A stretch of 64,000 bases of DNA from Octopus vulgaris. Taxonomy: Eukaryota. The notes below the pieces were generated by a model, which was not told the DNA's origin, made no database searches, and saw nothing but the letters and a program-made list of their open reading frames with translations. Both the position numbers and the translations under genes were made by a program. The stretch spans positions 15,004,001-15,068,000 of the forward strand of contig OX597825.1 in assembly GCA_951406725.2 (NCBI GenBank), read 5' to 3'. The stretch's first letter is position 1. Each line of letters begins with the position of its first letter. This document shows positions 25,892 to 39,523 of the stretch, piece by piece.

Positions 25892-27214
25892 TATACGTAT
25901 ATGTATATGTATAATATGTGATATATCGATTTTTGCCACGTTTAACTCACACCGTATGTATAAGAAGATATAAGCGACTTGTGTTTATTTATGATATCTT
26001 CGAGAACAGAAAAATAACAGAAGCCTAAATAGTTTTCATAGAATTTTGTCTTGGCATCAATGAAAGTGTTACCCCTTTAACTGTCCATAACTCTTCTTTC
26101 CATACATAAAGCTTTGCTAAATACAAGAATATTTACAATGAAACAAAATGAAACAAAAGACATTAGATTCTAAGATGTATGCATTTTCGGTGCAAATTGG
26201 ACAAGCTTCTTTATCAAGTTCTCCAAAAGAACGTATTTTATAAGCAGTATTTCTGAGGCGCGGAGCTGACATTCATAATCGATCTCTAGGTAAGTCCCAA
26301 GAGGCGATCCAAATTAGTCATCTTTTCCTCTGATTTCACCCTCCACCCAGTCAGGTATAATATAAATCGCTTTCCGTGTCTATATTTAGTGTATTTGTTA
26401 CAAGACAACGTTAATCAAAATAACGATAAAACCACATTTATATGTGTATTTGCATGTATGTGTGCTTATGTGTTTGTGTGCGTGTGTACAGAATTTGTTT
26501 ATTTTAGGACTTTTGTTATTCCACAATGTCACGTAACTATTATATGATATTATCAGATACCAAACTAATGAGAAGAAACAGAAAAGAATTCCGTGATTGC
26601 GGAATAATGAAGACGCGCATGGAAAACTTTGAAAAATCAATCTAAGAAACTAAAGTTTACTGTAACACCTCTGATATAACACGGAGACACAGTAAAGTAA
26701 TAGAAAATAAGGAAATATGATTTGGTGCATTAAAGGTCATATCTAAACTTGGCACTCACGCAAGAGATTATCCAGCAAATCGACTTCAAATTAAGCAATA
26801 AAAAATAGAAAAGCAGATGATTTAGTTGGAGAAGCATGTGTTACTTCCCAAGGGTTGGATTAAAATATCTGAAGAAGCATTCTGTTATTCACATCGTTCG
26901 TGTAACACGGGAAAGACTTGAGTGCTGGTATATAGAGTCAACAGAAAATTTCCGTTGCAGCATTAGATGTAATAAAGAGACGAGTTACAAACTTAATTCT
27001 TTTGTGTCAGGGGAGAATCATGTTGTGTTTGTCCATGTCCGTGTTTGTGTATGTGTAAAAATAAGAAATAAGTGGAAATTTTATTTACCGGTGAGTGTGT
27101 TACATTATAAGGCACAAATGGAAAATGACTCTCTCCAGACACAACAGAATATGCTTCAACACACGAACTCATATAAATAATCTTACAAACCAAATCGAAA
27201 AACGAAATACAAAC

Positions 27215-27400
27215 TTAATGTTTATGTATTAGTTTAGCAAGTTTCTTCGCATGTAAGTCGAATAAGTGGATCAGTTCCTCTATATCAACACTATGACATT
27301 CCACGTAGACCACGCTGATCATTTCCACGCATATCTCCATAGCAAAACCAACGTTGATGGATGGGTATAGAGATGATGAATATATGCTATTATGCAGGCC
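27215..27400 (-). pseudogene. Penelope-like reverse transcriptase fragment
   Basis: SSLYPSINVGFAMEICVEMIS..VDIEEL resembles the Penelope-type RT motif DVxSLYPSI and the helix after it. Confidence 0.55.
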
Positions 27401-28016
27401 TTCACCTTCACGTTGCAGGTGCAGATGCATTCATTAATTCTACATAGGGCGTCCTCCGTGCTGTCAACAGACATCCAGGAACATCCTGATTATGAGGCGA
27501 AGTATTATAGAGAGGAGTTACAAACCGAACTGGAACATGGTGGCTCGAGAGATTGTAAGTCTGTAAATCACGGCACAAAAATCAGACCGACTAAGGAGGC
27601 CACGCATATGACAGAATGTAAACCGAAATACCACAGAAAACCCGAATTGAATAGCAACACTGCTACCCGTCAACCTAACGCCTGAAGACAGAACAGTACA
27701 CAGAAGAGACAAGGGGACACACACAGATACAAACGGTACAATATACAAACCGTCACACATGCACACGAGACACAGAGACATATGCGAGACATATAGACAA
27801 GCACACACATACTCAGAGTCACAGATGCGGACGATTGTGCAGGCAATCATATGCACCATAGAAAGGTATCATGGAGTAAACACTGAGGCCAGAAAGAAGG
27901 GGAGGTAGTGTGAAGAAAATAGAATGGTTATTGTGGACATCAAATGATGCAACGTAAGAGCTTTTACGAAGCTACCGATAACTAGTAATTCAAAGGAGCT
28001 ATTAAATACGGTATTG

Positions 28017-28064
<48 letters not shown>

Positions 28065-28160
28065 ATAATGAGGGAGATAAGTTGAATATTAATTTAATTA
28101 ATATCAATTTAAAACCAGTAGCCTAACATACAACAATCTGTAAAATCAGAGAAAATTCTA

Positions 28161-28307
28161 ATACATGTGTATATTTAAAGGGCTAAAAAGCCACTAGGAG
28201 GTCAGCCGTATGCTAGAAGTAGATCACCTACGTAGGTGATCGTAGGTGATCTACTTCTAGCATACGGCTGACCACCTAGGTTTGTTTTTAGCCCTTTAAA
28301 TATACAC

Positions 28308-28313
<6 letters not shown>
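28161..28313. repeat. About 150-bp palindrome within an insert between two (TA)n runs
   Basis: atacatgtgtatatttaaagggctaaaaa..ggtcagccgtatgctagaagtagatcacctac|gtaggtgatc gtaggtgatctacttctagcatacggctgacc..tttttagccctttaaatatacacatgtat. Confidence 0.95.
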
Positions 28314-28369
<56 letters not shown>

Positions 28370-29911
28370 TGTAGACGTGACGGCGATGGCTAGAATGGTT
28401 GTGGTGAGTATTGACTTAAGATAATACCTATAACGAAACATTTACTCTTCACCAACAGAATTTTTGGTGTGATTGTATGTATAGTATGTATGTCAGATAG
28501 TATGTTCACATACTAGTATGGTGTGATAGAGTATGTATGATAGTATGTATCCACTGAGTAATGACATCTATAAACACTGAATTTCTTCTCGGGAACCACA
28601 TATTCATTTAGTACAGATTTTAGGTCAACATTTTATGACGTGGTGTTTAAAGTACAAGTTTAATCACATTCATTCTCGTAGAGCGCAAAAAGGTTCGTTA
28701 GTGTAATGCACATGATTCTTAGTATTAAAACTTTTCTCCATTGAGCGGGAGAGAAGAGTCGTAAATCATTGTCAATATTAAAATTTTTAATGTAGCATAT
28801 GTTTAGTCCCACTTCTTTTTCTTTATTCGTATTTCTACGAAAGTACGTGTAATGAACGAAATGATACTTTCTGTATGAATGAGTGCAAAAATCTAATTGC
28901 ACCATTTATTTAGTTTCTCTTGATTTATTAGCATTTTTGTTAAACCATACCGGTACTGAACGAAGGAATACTTAGTAGACTGTGTTGGACTGTGTTTTCT
29001 GTTCGGAAGTGAGTCCGTGCCTATTCAGTAGAAAATCATGTTTAACTAGAATTTATATCATGTTCAGCCTTAATTGAAGTTTATTAAGTTTTCCTATATG
29101 TTTCAAACAAAATTAAACTTCAGTCATTCTAGCATCAATTTATCGTCGCTAAGCCTCGAAATAATAGATATTTATAGCGTTCAGAGATATTATACTGATC
29201 AGATCAATCAACGGTCTCTATTATTGAAGATAAGATTCAGTCAAATTCTAAATCTGTTTCATGTTTGAAACAGCACAGTCACGCAATTGAATACTTATAA
29301 GATCAATATGTTTCCCTATCGACCGCATTCTCCACATTGCCAACGCCAGCAATGTTATCAACGAAAGCAGACAAAATAAGACAAACGCTACCAACGAATC
29401 TCTTCATACGTATTGCCATTATAATTCATTTGCTTTTATCCATTCTTTATTTATATAGAATTTTTCCCATGAAGAAAGGTTGAAGATTAAATGTGGAATG
29501 GAAATTATATGAAAATGAGTTTTTAAAAACCTTCCACACACATATATTTTGTACCTGGACGTATGCACACGCACAAACACACACACAAACGCACACACTC
29601 AAACATACATACATACAGGCATATATACACTCATACATAAACACACAAACATATATATACATAAGTACTTATATATGTATAACGTATTTATATATAATAT
29701 ATTATGTAAATGTATATATATATATTGGTGTGTCTGTGTGTTTATTTATAAGTGTGGGCGCGTATGTGTACTTAAATGTATGCATAATTGTTTGCGGGTA
29801 TATATTTTTATCTTTATGTATCTAGTTCTTACCCGTTGTTACAACTATTCAAGTAAATAGCTCATCACGAAATCTACGGATGCGAGTGCGCGTGTATGCG
29901 TGTGCATCTAC

Positions 29912-29954
<43 letters not shown>

Positions 29955-29958
<4 letters not shown>

Positions 29959-30250
29959 ACAAAAAAGGGGATTGGAAATGGTCGGTAGTATTACACGTGT
30001 CGCATTTGTTAATAGCAATTGCAAAGCTTTTATATGTTAGACAGATATTTTAGGAATGTCCTATCGGAAATTCGTTAGACAAAGAAATTAAGTGATTATC
30101 AAAATTTTCTGTCTGAGGACGACTAAAAGGAAATTCATTAAATGTCGGTCTAGGAATGTAAAACTTTGTAACTCATATTAGCAAATGAAACATATGTAAT
30201 GATGAATAAATAGGAACAGAACATTTCCCAACGTCCTGTTTTTTTTTATA
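29955..30250. repeat. Old, degenerate foldback next to (TA)n
   Basis: ggac..ttggaaatg..attacacgtgtcgcatttgttaata..tgcaaagcttttatat pairs imperfectly with atgtaaaactttgta..tattagcaaatgaaacatatgtaat..catttcccaac..gtcc. Confidence 0.6.
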
Positions 30251-30439
30251 CAATGACTCTGCAAATAATACTTCCATAATTCTCAATTTCAGTTTGTATT
30301 TTGCACTAACACCCAGAAGCGACTGAGGCTAAATATTCGATTCTAATATTGAAATGAACGCAGGAGCTTCAATACAGTTGCGATTTAATCTACCTACCTA
30401 ATATACATATATATATTTACATTCACACACACGCGCGCG

Positions 30440-30705
30440 TAAGATCAAGATTTCGATTCTCGGCGACATGTTGTGTCCTTCAGCGAGGCCTATTATTTCT
30501 CGTTGCTCAATCCCACTCAGCTGGTAAATTAGAGTTGTACGTGTAATTCAAAGGGTCAGACTTGCCGCATTCAGTGTGTAACATTGAACCTCCCTTCGAA
30601 CTATGTTAAACCTACACGTACCACTGGAATGCTTAGCCACTTGCACGTTGATTACTTGAGCGAGCCGTTCCGCTGGAACACTTGCCGTCGTAATCGACGG
30701 AGAGC
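30440..30705 (+). mobile_element. Diverged family C SINE
   Basis: Colinear with 8210-8485 (tattatttctcgttgc..cagctgg..aattcaaagggtcag..gtcgtaatcgacgga). Confidence 0.7.
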
Positions 30706-30758
30706 TAGGTCAGTATGGTCAGTATACGCGCACACTCACATATGTATATATATATGTA

Positions 30759-30821
<63 letters not shown>

Positions 30822-30831
30822 ACACACACAT

Positions 30832-30874
<43 letters not shown>

Positions 30875-30906
30875 ATATAATATGTGACAATTATACGGTT
30901 GCTATA

Positions 30907-30965
30907 ATAAGGCTCGAAGTTTCGGATGTCAGGGCGGAAACCTGCTCCAGCATCTTTTCAGTTAT
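30907..30965 (-). ncRNA. Decayed type-I hammerhead ribozyme-like motif (Penelope-type)
   Basis: Minus: ATAA CTGAAAA GATG..CATC CGAA ACTTCGAGCC TTAT; stems I-III recognisable, core mutated relative to CUGANGA and the UH cleavage site. Confidence 0.45.
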
Positions 30966-31413
30966 CGAGGCAATCAAAATATGCTATGAAAATGACCGTT
31001 AAACAAAAGGAAATTACTATGTAATTGACCGTTATTAAGACTATAAAGCTATTAGAATGAGCGTTCAATAACGGGAGGAAGTAAAAGTTAAGGGAGTAAA
31101 AATGCTCATAGCAATCGCGTATATGCATTATAATGTTTTACGTATCTAAGTTGTAGTATATACTAAAGTTTCTAGTTTCTTCCATTAGTTTGAAGCTTTA
31201 TTCGCTTCAAGTATTGCAAATGTGCACATAATTAGATGCTTCGTAACAAGGATAAAAATTAGAATACAGATGTATACCGATGAGATGCGCTACACTTATA
31301 TTTCTGTTACATTTTTGAAGAAAATATCTTGGAAACAATATATAAATCATTAGTTTTGAGGGTTTGTCGGCAAGAAATTAAGGATATTTAATATAATTAT
31401 TTTTTATATATTT

Positions 31414-31716
31414 ATGCGCCCTTTTCAAACCTAGCCAGTCTCACGGGCCCGGTTTCCCGGTTTCTATGGCGTATGCGTTGCCCCCAGGTGGACAGGACGC
31501 CAGTCCATCGTAGCGTCACTCAAGAAACAGAAAAAGAGTGGGAGAAAGTTTGGGCGAAAGAGTACAGCAGGGGTCGCCACCACCCTCTGCCGGAGCCTGG
31601 TAGAGCTTTAGGTGGTTCCGCTCAATAAACACACACAACGCCCGGTCTGGGAATCGAAACCGCGATCCTCCGACCATGAGTTCGCTGCCCTAACCACTGG
31701 CCCATTGCGCCTCCAC
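31414..31716 (-). mobile_element. Family B SINE head with a different 3' body
   Basis: 31530-31716 matches 4150-4335; 31414-31525 does not. Confidence 0.88.
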
Positions 31717-32479
31717 ACCTAATATAATGAAGGATATAAATATTTTCATAGAGAATATTTTAGAAATGATGCCTGCATGCAATGAACTAAGGGTTTTCTT
31801 CAATTAGGTTCTGATATCTCTAATATTGATTTGGTTATTTTGATATCGTTTAAAATAGAGTGAAGATCATCCTACTGTATGTTAGACCTCAGGGAATTTT
31901 CTCCAATTTGTGAGAGGGAGGAGAAATCAGGTACACAAATATCGATAAATTATAAAGAAAGGAAACAAGAAAGAATTAATGAAATAAAGAAAATATGTAT
32001 TGGATGGCGCATTTGTTTCATCGATGCCAAAAGTGTGATATACAAAACTGAACTTCACACGAATTGAACTTAGTGCCATGAGGCTATACGAAAGTTATAC
32101 CAAAACTGGCAACACTGCCAAGTTTGCGGAATAAGACAGTGTGCATAACCCAGAAATTAGAAAAAAGACAAAAACCACAATAAAAGCTAGCAAAGATCAT
32201 TCCGAATAGTTCAGAATGCTAAGTGATTATCGCATATTTCCTGTGCATAAATTTGTTATCGTGTTGGTTAAGTTTTCATTATACAGCATTTTTAAACAGT
32301 TTTGTTTCAGGCACGTGTTGTGAGATGCCGAGATGCCTTTTTCCTATAATGCTTAATGTGTGTATTTTAGCCACACAAAGAATGATACTGTATGAGTGCA
32401 TTAAAAAACATTCACACAATATATTTTATAATTTAGATATACGCCGTGTGTGCATGATGTGAATGCATAAATTTAAATG

Positions 32480-32830
<351 letters not shown>

Positions 32831-34168
32831 ATAGATATATGTATGTGTATGCATATGTATATATATATGTTTATATGTATATATGTACGTATGTATGCAT
32901 ATACTATTGCCGCTAGGTTTATATTTTCCGTCTGCCACACAGACGGAAATGTTATTAAATTAAGAATTTATTTCACATACAACATTCAGTACATTCTCCT
33001 TTAACTCAATTATGCAAATTAATGCTACTGGTTTATTTGAGTTATCTCACTATTATCTCTTGCTCTCTGTCTCTCCTTCTTTATCTTTCTGTCTCTCACA
33101 CGAAATGTCTCTCTTTGTCTGTCTGTCGGTCACTGTCTCTTCTGTCATTTTCCGTATGTTTTCGTCTTTTGAACAATGGATGTAAATTTCTTGTGAACTG
33201 TGTTATTCCTTGGTTGTTTTTTTTTTTCTCGGGAAGAGTGGATAGCAAGTAAAACGAAACCTAACTGCTGTTCTTACAATACTCAAGGCTATATTTAATT
33301 CCATTGCTTTCTTATACTGCGATTTAAGTATTTATATATAGTTTGAGCAAACAACTTTAGAATAAATTGAACATCATTGCTGAATTGCCATTTTTATGCA
33401 CACGACGTTATCCCTTTTGACAACCTGTTGTATCTCAATGTTTATTGATCTCGGAGCTAACTATATGATTAATTAAATTAGATAACCGTTGGAAAATGCA
33501 TTTTCGTCGTTTGATTGATATTCATTTATAGCATAGAATATATCAATAGATGTGAAGGAAAGGAAGTATATGGTATTACCATAGCCATTTTACTTGGTTC
33601 TATTACATCATCTTACGTGAATTCAGATAATAAAATCCATCTGAAAAGCGAGTTTAGGAAAATACATTTTTCATGAGTCCCGTCTTGCATTAATAATTTC
33701 CATTAAGTTTCCCCAGTTGTCTTAAGCTTGTATTTCTTCTATCACTAGTTTATATATATATTTGAATGACAAGAATGCATCAAAATACTCCACGCTGCTT
33801 GTTAATAGTATTGATATGCTCGTACATTTCTGACAGCAATTATATAGTTACATACTAAATTAAATGAAAATATGGATATGAAGGTTTTGTAGCTGCCAAA
33901 GTAAATAACGCGCTTAAAAACGGTATGGCATAGATTGATATATCATGCCCATATGAGGGCTTCCATTCCAACAAACTTATTCCTTTATGACATCAATAAA
34001 CGAAATAAAATTTTGTGGAAATGTGCTAATAGACATCTTGGTCTCATTGGCATTGGCAATAAGGTTAAGGAAATGTGCAACATCATGCGTTATCTTGTGA
34101 TAATATAAATACATACATCTTACTATCAGTTGAGTAACTTCGTGAGAATCGGAACATCGCTATGTCAG

Positions 34169-34245
<77 letters not shown>

Positions 34246-35804
34246 CTGGCTGTTGGGAAAACACACGATCTTCTATATATTCTGGTTAACTAATGCAATA
34301 TTATGCTTGATAATAAAAGTAACAAGCTAAAACCAATCACGTATTGGCAAAATATTGCCATGAATTCATTGTTTTAATTTCTACCTATGATGAAACGAGA
34401 GAAGGAAATATTTTTTTGTCGAATAGCACAATGGTATGGTTGTATGTAAGGACAGTTTTAATAACAGATTATGAAGGATTGTATCTTATCAAGTGATAAA
34501 ATACACATATCGGCTTTCAAATCGAGGGTTCTCTTGAGATATGGTGCTCTTCTCTAGGATATAATGTATGAAAGCCACTTGGGATAGCATTGAGATCTAA
34601 AGGAATGATAGTTCCCAAGCGCTCTGATATAAATTCAGGTTTATCTTCAAATGTAGAATGAAGATGTATATTCCATTGTGCAATGAAATATCAGAAACAT
34701 ACTAGGAGGGAAACCTTTTAGGGACACATCGTAGAAATCTCTATCTATAATCAGTGGAAATGTGATGTTAACTCTAACAGACAGTGTGCAGATTAAGTGA
34801 AATTGAAAGGTTCAATTCACAGGTACGAACAAAAAGTGACTTTTGTTTTATCCAGCTAAACCATAATGCTTTTAATATGTTCAGCAATATATAAATTGCA
34901 TTATCTCTTATCAGTGATCCAGCCAAAACACATAAGAAATTTATGCTAAACATTCCCTACGTCCGATACTTATTGCTTGATATCGGAGTCTTATTAAACA
35001 AGCACCTATTGAATATTAAATAACAAAATATGCTGTTTTGAAGATGCTTGATAATTTTCTATGGAGAGCCATGTACACAATAAATATAAATCATATGAAT
35101 GAAAATTATAGGGATTAGATTATTAATCATAATTGCACATGAGAAAATAAATACTAAAAGGTTTAGCATTCATATACATCTTACAAAGTATAAGCAAATA
35201 ATCTATTTTCTAATATCGAAAATTTTATATTCTGTGTTCTTGAATGACGCTTATGGAAATTACATCTTACTAAGCTATAGATCTATGTGAAGGAGTGTAA
35301 ATACATCGCAATAATGAAGTTGTTAGTCAGTAATAAGAAATAGTTTAAGCCACAAACTTGTTGATATTTCGATAGGAAGAAGAGAGCTTGGCATAAAGAT
35401 CCATTGTGCATCATTGAGTGTAGAAAACTCGCGTAAATGAGAAAATGTGCGTGTCAATATTGATGATTAAATAATCAACTGATCAACAGGAAACTAATAA
35501 AATGCTTGAAACCACCTAACATAATCAACCAAGGATGTATAATCTGATAATTAACCATTATTATAGGAAGATGAAGACCTACGTAGAGCTAAACAGGATA
35601 TGATTATAACCTTTAGGGCTGAAACAACTTATTATATTCCAAAAAGGAATTAATACCTTCTATGTTTTATGTGAAAGAAAGTTATAAATATATAGCGTAC
35701 GTTAGGTGTCTCGGCTGTAGATTTTTCCGTTTTCATTAGATATAAATATATCGACAATTAATTTTCGTGCACCTTACTGTCTGCGTTTAATAAGTAACTG
35801 ATAC

Positions 35805-35815
35805 TATCTCTCTAC

Positions 35816-35865
<50 letters not shown>

Positions 35866-35870
35866 CTGTC

Positions 35871-35901
<31 letters not shown>

Positions 35902-36096
35902 CTATCTACCTTTATATCTATCTATTTATCTATCTACCTCCCTATCTATCTATCTATCTATATATTTATCTATCTATATATTTATCTATCTATATATCTA
36001 TCTATCTATCTATCTATATATCTACCTCCCTATCTATTTATCTATCTATATATCTATCTATCTATCTATCTGTCTGTCTATCTATTCATCTATCTG

Positions 36097-36141
<45 letters not shown>

Positions 36142-36152
36142 TTATCTATCTA
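35805..36152. repeat. Compound (CTAT)n microsatellite
   Basis: Seen directly. Confidence 0.95.
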
Positions 36153-36394
36153 ATAATCCGTCTAGCATTAAACTATTTCACGCATACACTTGCACAGACA
36201 AGCCAAATACAAACTAGTATATAATTAAAATTATATGCTCCAAATAAACTAGTTATTGTGATATTTTTTTATGATGCAAATCAGACATGAACAACCTACA
36301 ATGAGAATTGATGAGAAAAAAATCTAGAATTTATTTCCAGCAACATTATCAATATGGTCTACAATTCTTCAATAATATCACATTTAAAACGCAA

Positions 36395-36600
36395 CGTTCT
36401 GGCAGAATCGTTAGCACGCCGGGCAGAATGCTTAGCAGCATTTCGTCCGTCTTTGCATTCTGAGCTCAAATTCCGTCGAGGTCTGCTTTGCCTTTTATCC
36501 GTTCGGGATCGATAAAACAAGTCCGAAGTTCAGCACTTGGGTCGATGTAATCGATTCACCCTCTCCCCGATCTTGCTGGCCTTGCGACAAAATTTGAAAT
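36395..36600 (+). mobile_element. Family A SINE
   Basis: ctggcagaatcgttagcacgccgggcagaatgcttagc..tctgagctcaaattccgtcgaggtc..gggtcgatgtaatcga. Confidence 0.85.
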
Positions 36601-38100
36601 CTATGTCACATTAATACAATTATCAAATTCTGGGCGAAGGTAGATCATATTTGATTGTCCACTGGCCTTGCAGATCAGGTACAAAACGAACGCAGATTTA
36701 CGATTAGAATTATAGTATGGATTTTATGTCGGATTAATAGTTAATAGATTGAAAAGTTTCTATTTAAAATGGAGATCTATTTTCCTCAAATACCATAAAT
36801 TACAAATAAATAAGCCTTCGGAGTTTCTATAAAAGATGAGGTCATCAGGTGCATAATTGGTATTCACTTCACGCATACACAAACAGAAAATAGGATCACA
36901 CAAGTATACACACCCTCACGTTAAACGCACATAGCATATAGGCACACAACAGCTTCGCATACGCCGGTGCACATACACATACTCATGTGTAATGGCTTCA
37001 AACTCATATACACCAGATAGCCTCACTTACAGATACACACGTCAATACACACGTATGCTCATACATAAACACAGAGCATATACACACACATACACGAAGG
37101 CACGCGCGCGTTTACACTTGCACATGCCCGCACACACACATTAGCTTCATGCCTGCCCAGGTGTTTCAACCCGCTCCTTCTCTCTCACTCTCTCATACAT
37201 GCATACACACACATAGACGAATTCAACGTTGGCTTCCTTGCCATCCACTCCTCAAGCCAACCACTTCCTATTCCGGTCATTTGAATACGCGGTCGCCATC
37301 CGATAGAAAAGCATATTTCTTTTCTCTCTTGTTTTCTCTCTTCAGCTACCTTTTCTTTTGCCGAAACCTAATACACCCTCGTTTCTGTTTATTATTTTTT
37401 TTACTTCATCTCGTTTTCTTTTTATCTACCTTATAGTTGTCAATACAACCAGTGATAATTAAGAGGAAATATTTTCACAAGACCGTTGTTAGCCATTGAA
37501 TTTATGAAAGGAAAGTTTATATGCTATCTATCATGGTGTGAGAGTCAAGTAGACTCTCTGAGTTTCTTTGTTCTGATGAAAGAATTTACGACATAAATAG
37601 CCAAGCTGTAGATCTTTGTTCAGTAGTTTTATCATTAACCATTCCATTGTCTGTGTACCCTGCACTCTAGAAATTGCTAAGTTTGAAAGAACATTCTGAC
37701 AATTGACACAGTATTAAGGCCTTTCTTGTGTAAATATTAGCATATTTAAACACAGCTCACAAGACATTATACTATAGCGTACGATAAATCCTGAAATAAG
37801 TGAAACAATTTCACTGATTTGTAAATGGTAGGGAACGTATGAATATTAGAGATAGTGGATTTAAGAAAACAATATTGATGGAACTATTGTATTGAGGTCC
37901 TCTTTACGATCTCTTTGCAATCTCTACTAAATACGCAACGCATACATCCTGCGTCATGGTGATCCATCGTAATTTCTCACAATAAACGTAGCGCATACAA
38001 TTGCTGTGTGCTAAATTGTACAACGTTCAACATAATTATTATGGTGATATGGGAGACAGAAAATATCAGGTATATATACACATGCAGCCGCAGTTTAAAG

Positions 38101-39523
38101 ATGCTTCAGTAACCTACACCCAGAACAGCTTAGGAGGGCAATGTAGGATTTCTCGTTTCTCTGTGAATCGATTTTGCACACAATGGCAACGCCCTTGTTA
38201 TATTTTCATTATTCTGTGTAAGATCCTGTCTTTTTTTACCTGTGATTCTTCAGTTTTTGGGTGAATCACGCTAATAGCCTCTCTTCTCCCTAAGAACAAT
38301 GAGGAGTGGAAAAGGCGTTAACGACGAAGAAAGGTCTGTCATCACCAAGAAAAGTGCTAAAAGTACTTGCCTTCATGTCATTGCGGAAAAATTAGTTCGT
38401 CATGTGGACACGGTTAGAAATTCTTGAAGGATTCTTCGACGAGGAAGAACCGGTCCGATTAATGGACCTAGAAGTCTATGATAGCTAGCCATTTAAGAAT
38501 TATTGGGTGCAATTTATGTGGGAAAACTGGACAAACAAGCGAAGACATTTTCCCCGACTCCAGACTTCCTCATGCACCGAAAACCACCAGAAATCGTATC
38601 TTCGAGACCCTTGACTGACATAACGGTGGGCCAAGCGGTTGGGTCAATTTTGTAGATGGATGTCACCAACGTTTACGATGTCAACTACAGGGTAGAGGAG
38701 GTATGTTGTAGGCTGGTATCATTGGAGACTGACTTGTTGACCCAATCAGGGTGCCCGAAGGAGTTAAAGAGACCGCTGCCGCCTTCTGCAATCTCCTGAA
38801 TGAGGTATTGGTTCCCTGGCCAGATGACATACCGCTGTTACTTCTAAGGAATCTCGTATTCATGCATAACAACGCTACCTCTCACTCATGTAGGACCATC
38901 CAAACTTTACAACAGCTTTAAGACATACAAGGTGGAAGGCTGATGGTGTGGCCGCCAGCTCGCCGGACCTCAACCCAATCGAAAAATTTTGTTCCATAAC
39001 TAAACAAGCTGTATATGCCTACGGACGCCAATTTACGTCGAAAAATGATTTATTGGTGACCATCAAAGCTGCAGCAGAAGCAGGCCAACCTGCTACTATT
39101 ATGAAATTGACAGAGTCCATGACCAACAGGGACTATTTAAGTTATCAGATGAAATGGCGCACATGTGGCTAAATAATTCATTATGTCGATAAATGTTATA
39201 ACATTATTACGTGTTTCTGTTAAATATATACTTATTGTATGCTTAATATGTATCATTGACTTTCATTATCTGAAAATCAATACGTCTAGATATGGGTTAT
39301 TTTCATTCAAAAGCTATTAGCGCGATTCACCCATAAACTGAAGAATCTGAAATAAAAAAGAAAGGACGTTACACAGAATAATGAATGCATAACAACGGCG
39401 TTCACGTAGTGTGCAAGCCAGCTGGGAAAAGTTTTATCAACGTAGATTCTCAGAAAATCGAGGAATCCTAAATTTTGCTCCTAATCTATTAGCGGGATTC
39501 TGGGTGCGTTTGTTGAAGTACTA
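38101..39523 (+). mobile_element. Decayed Tc1-superfamily transposon of DD37E (TRT-type) with TIRs of about 190 bp
   Basis: Inverted repeats 38101-38280 and 39312-39523; peptides MRSGKGVNDEER, GGMLxAGIIGD..RVPEGVK and FMHNNATSH..WPASSPDLNPIE, with 37 residues between the second D position and E after restoring a 1-nt deletion. Confidence 0.85.
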
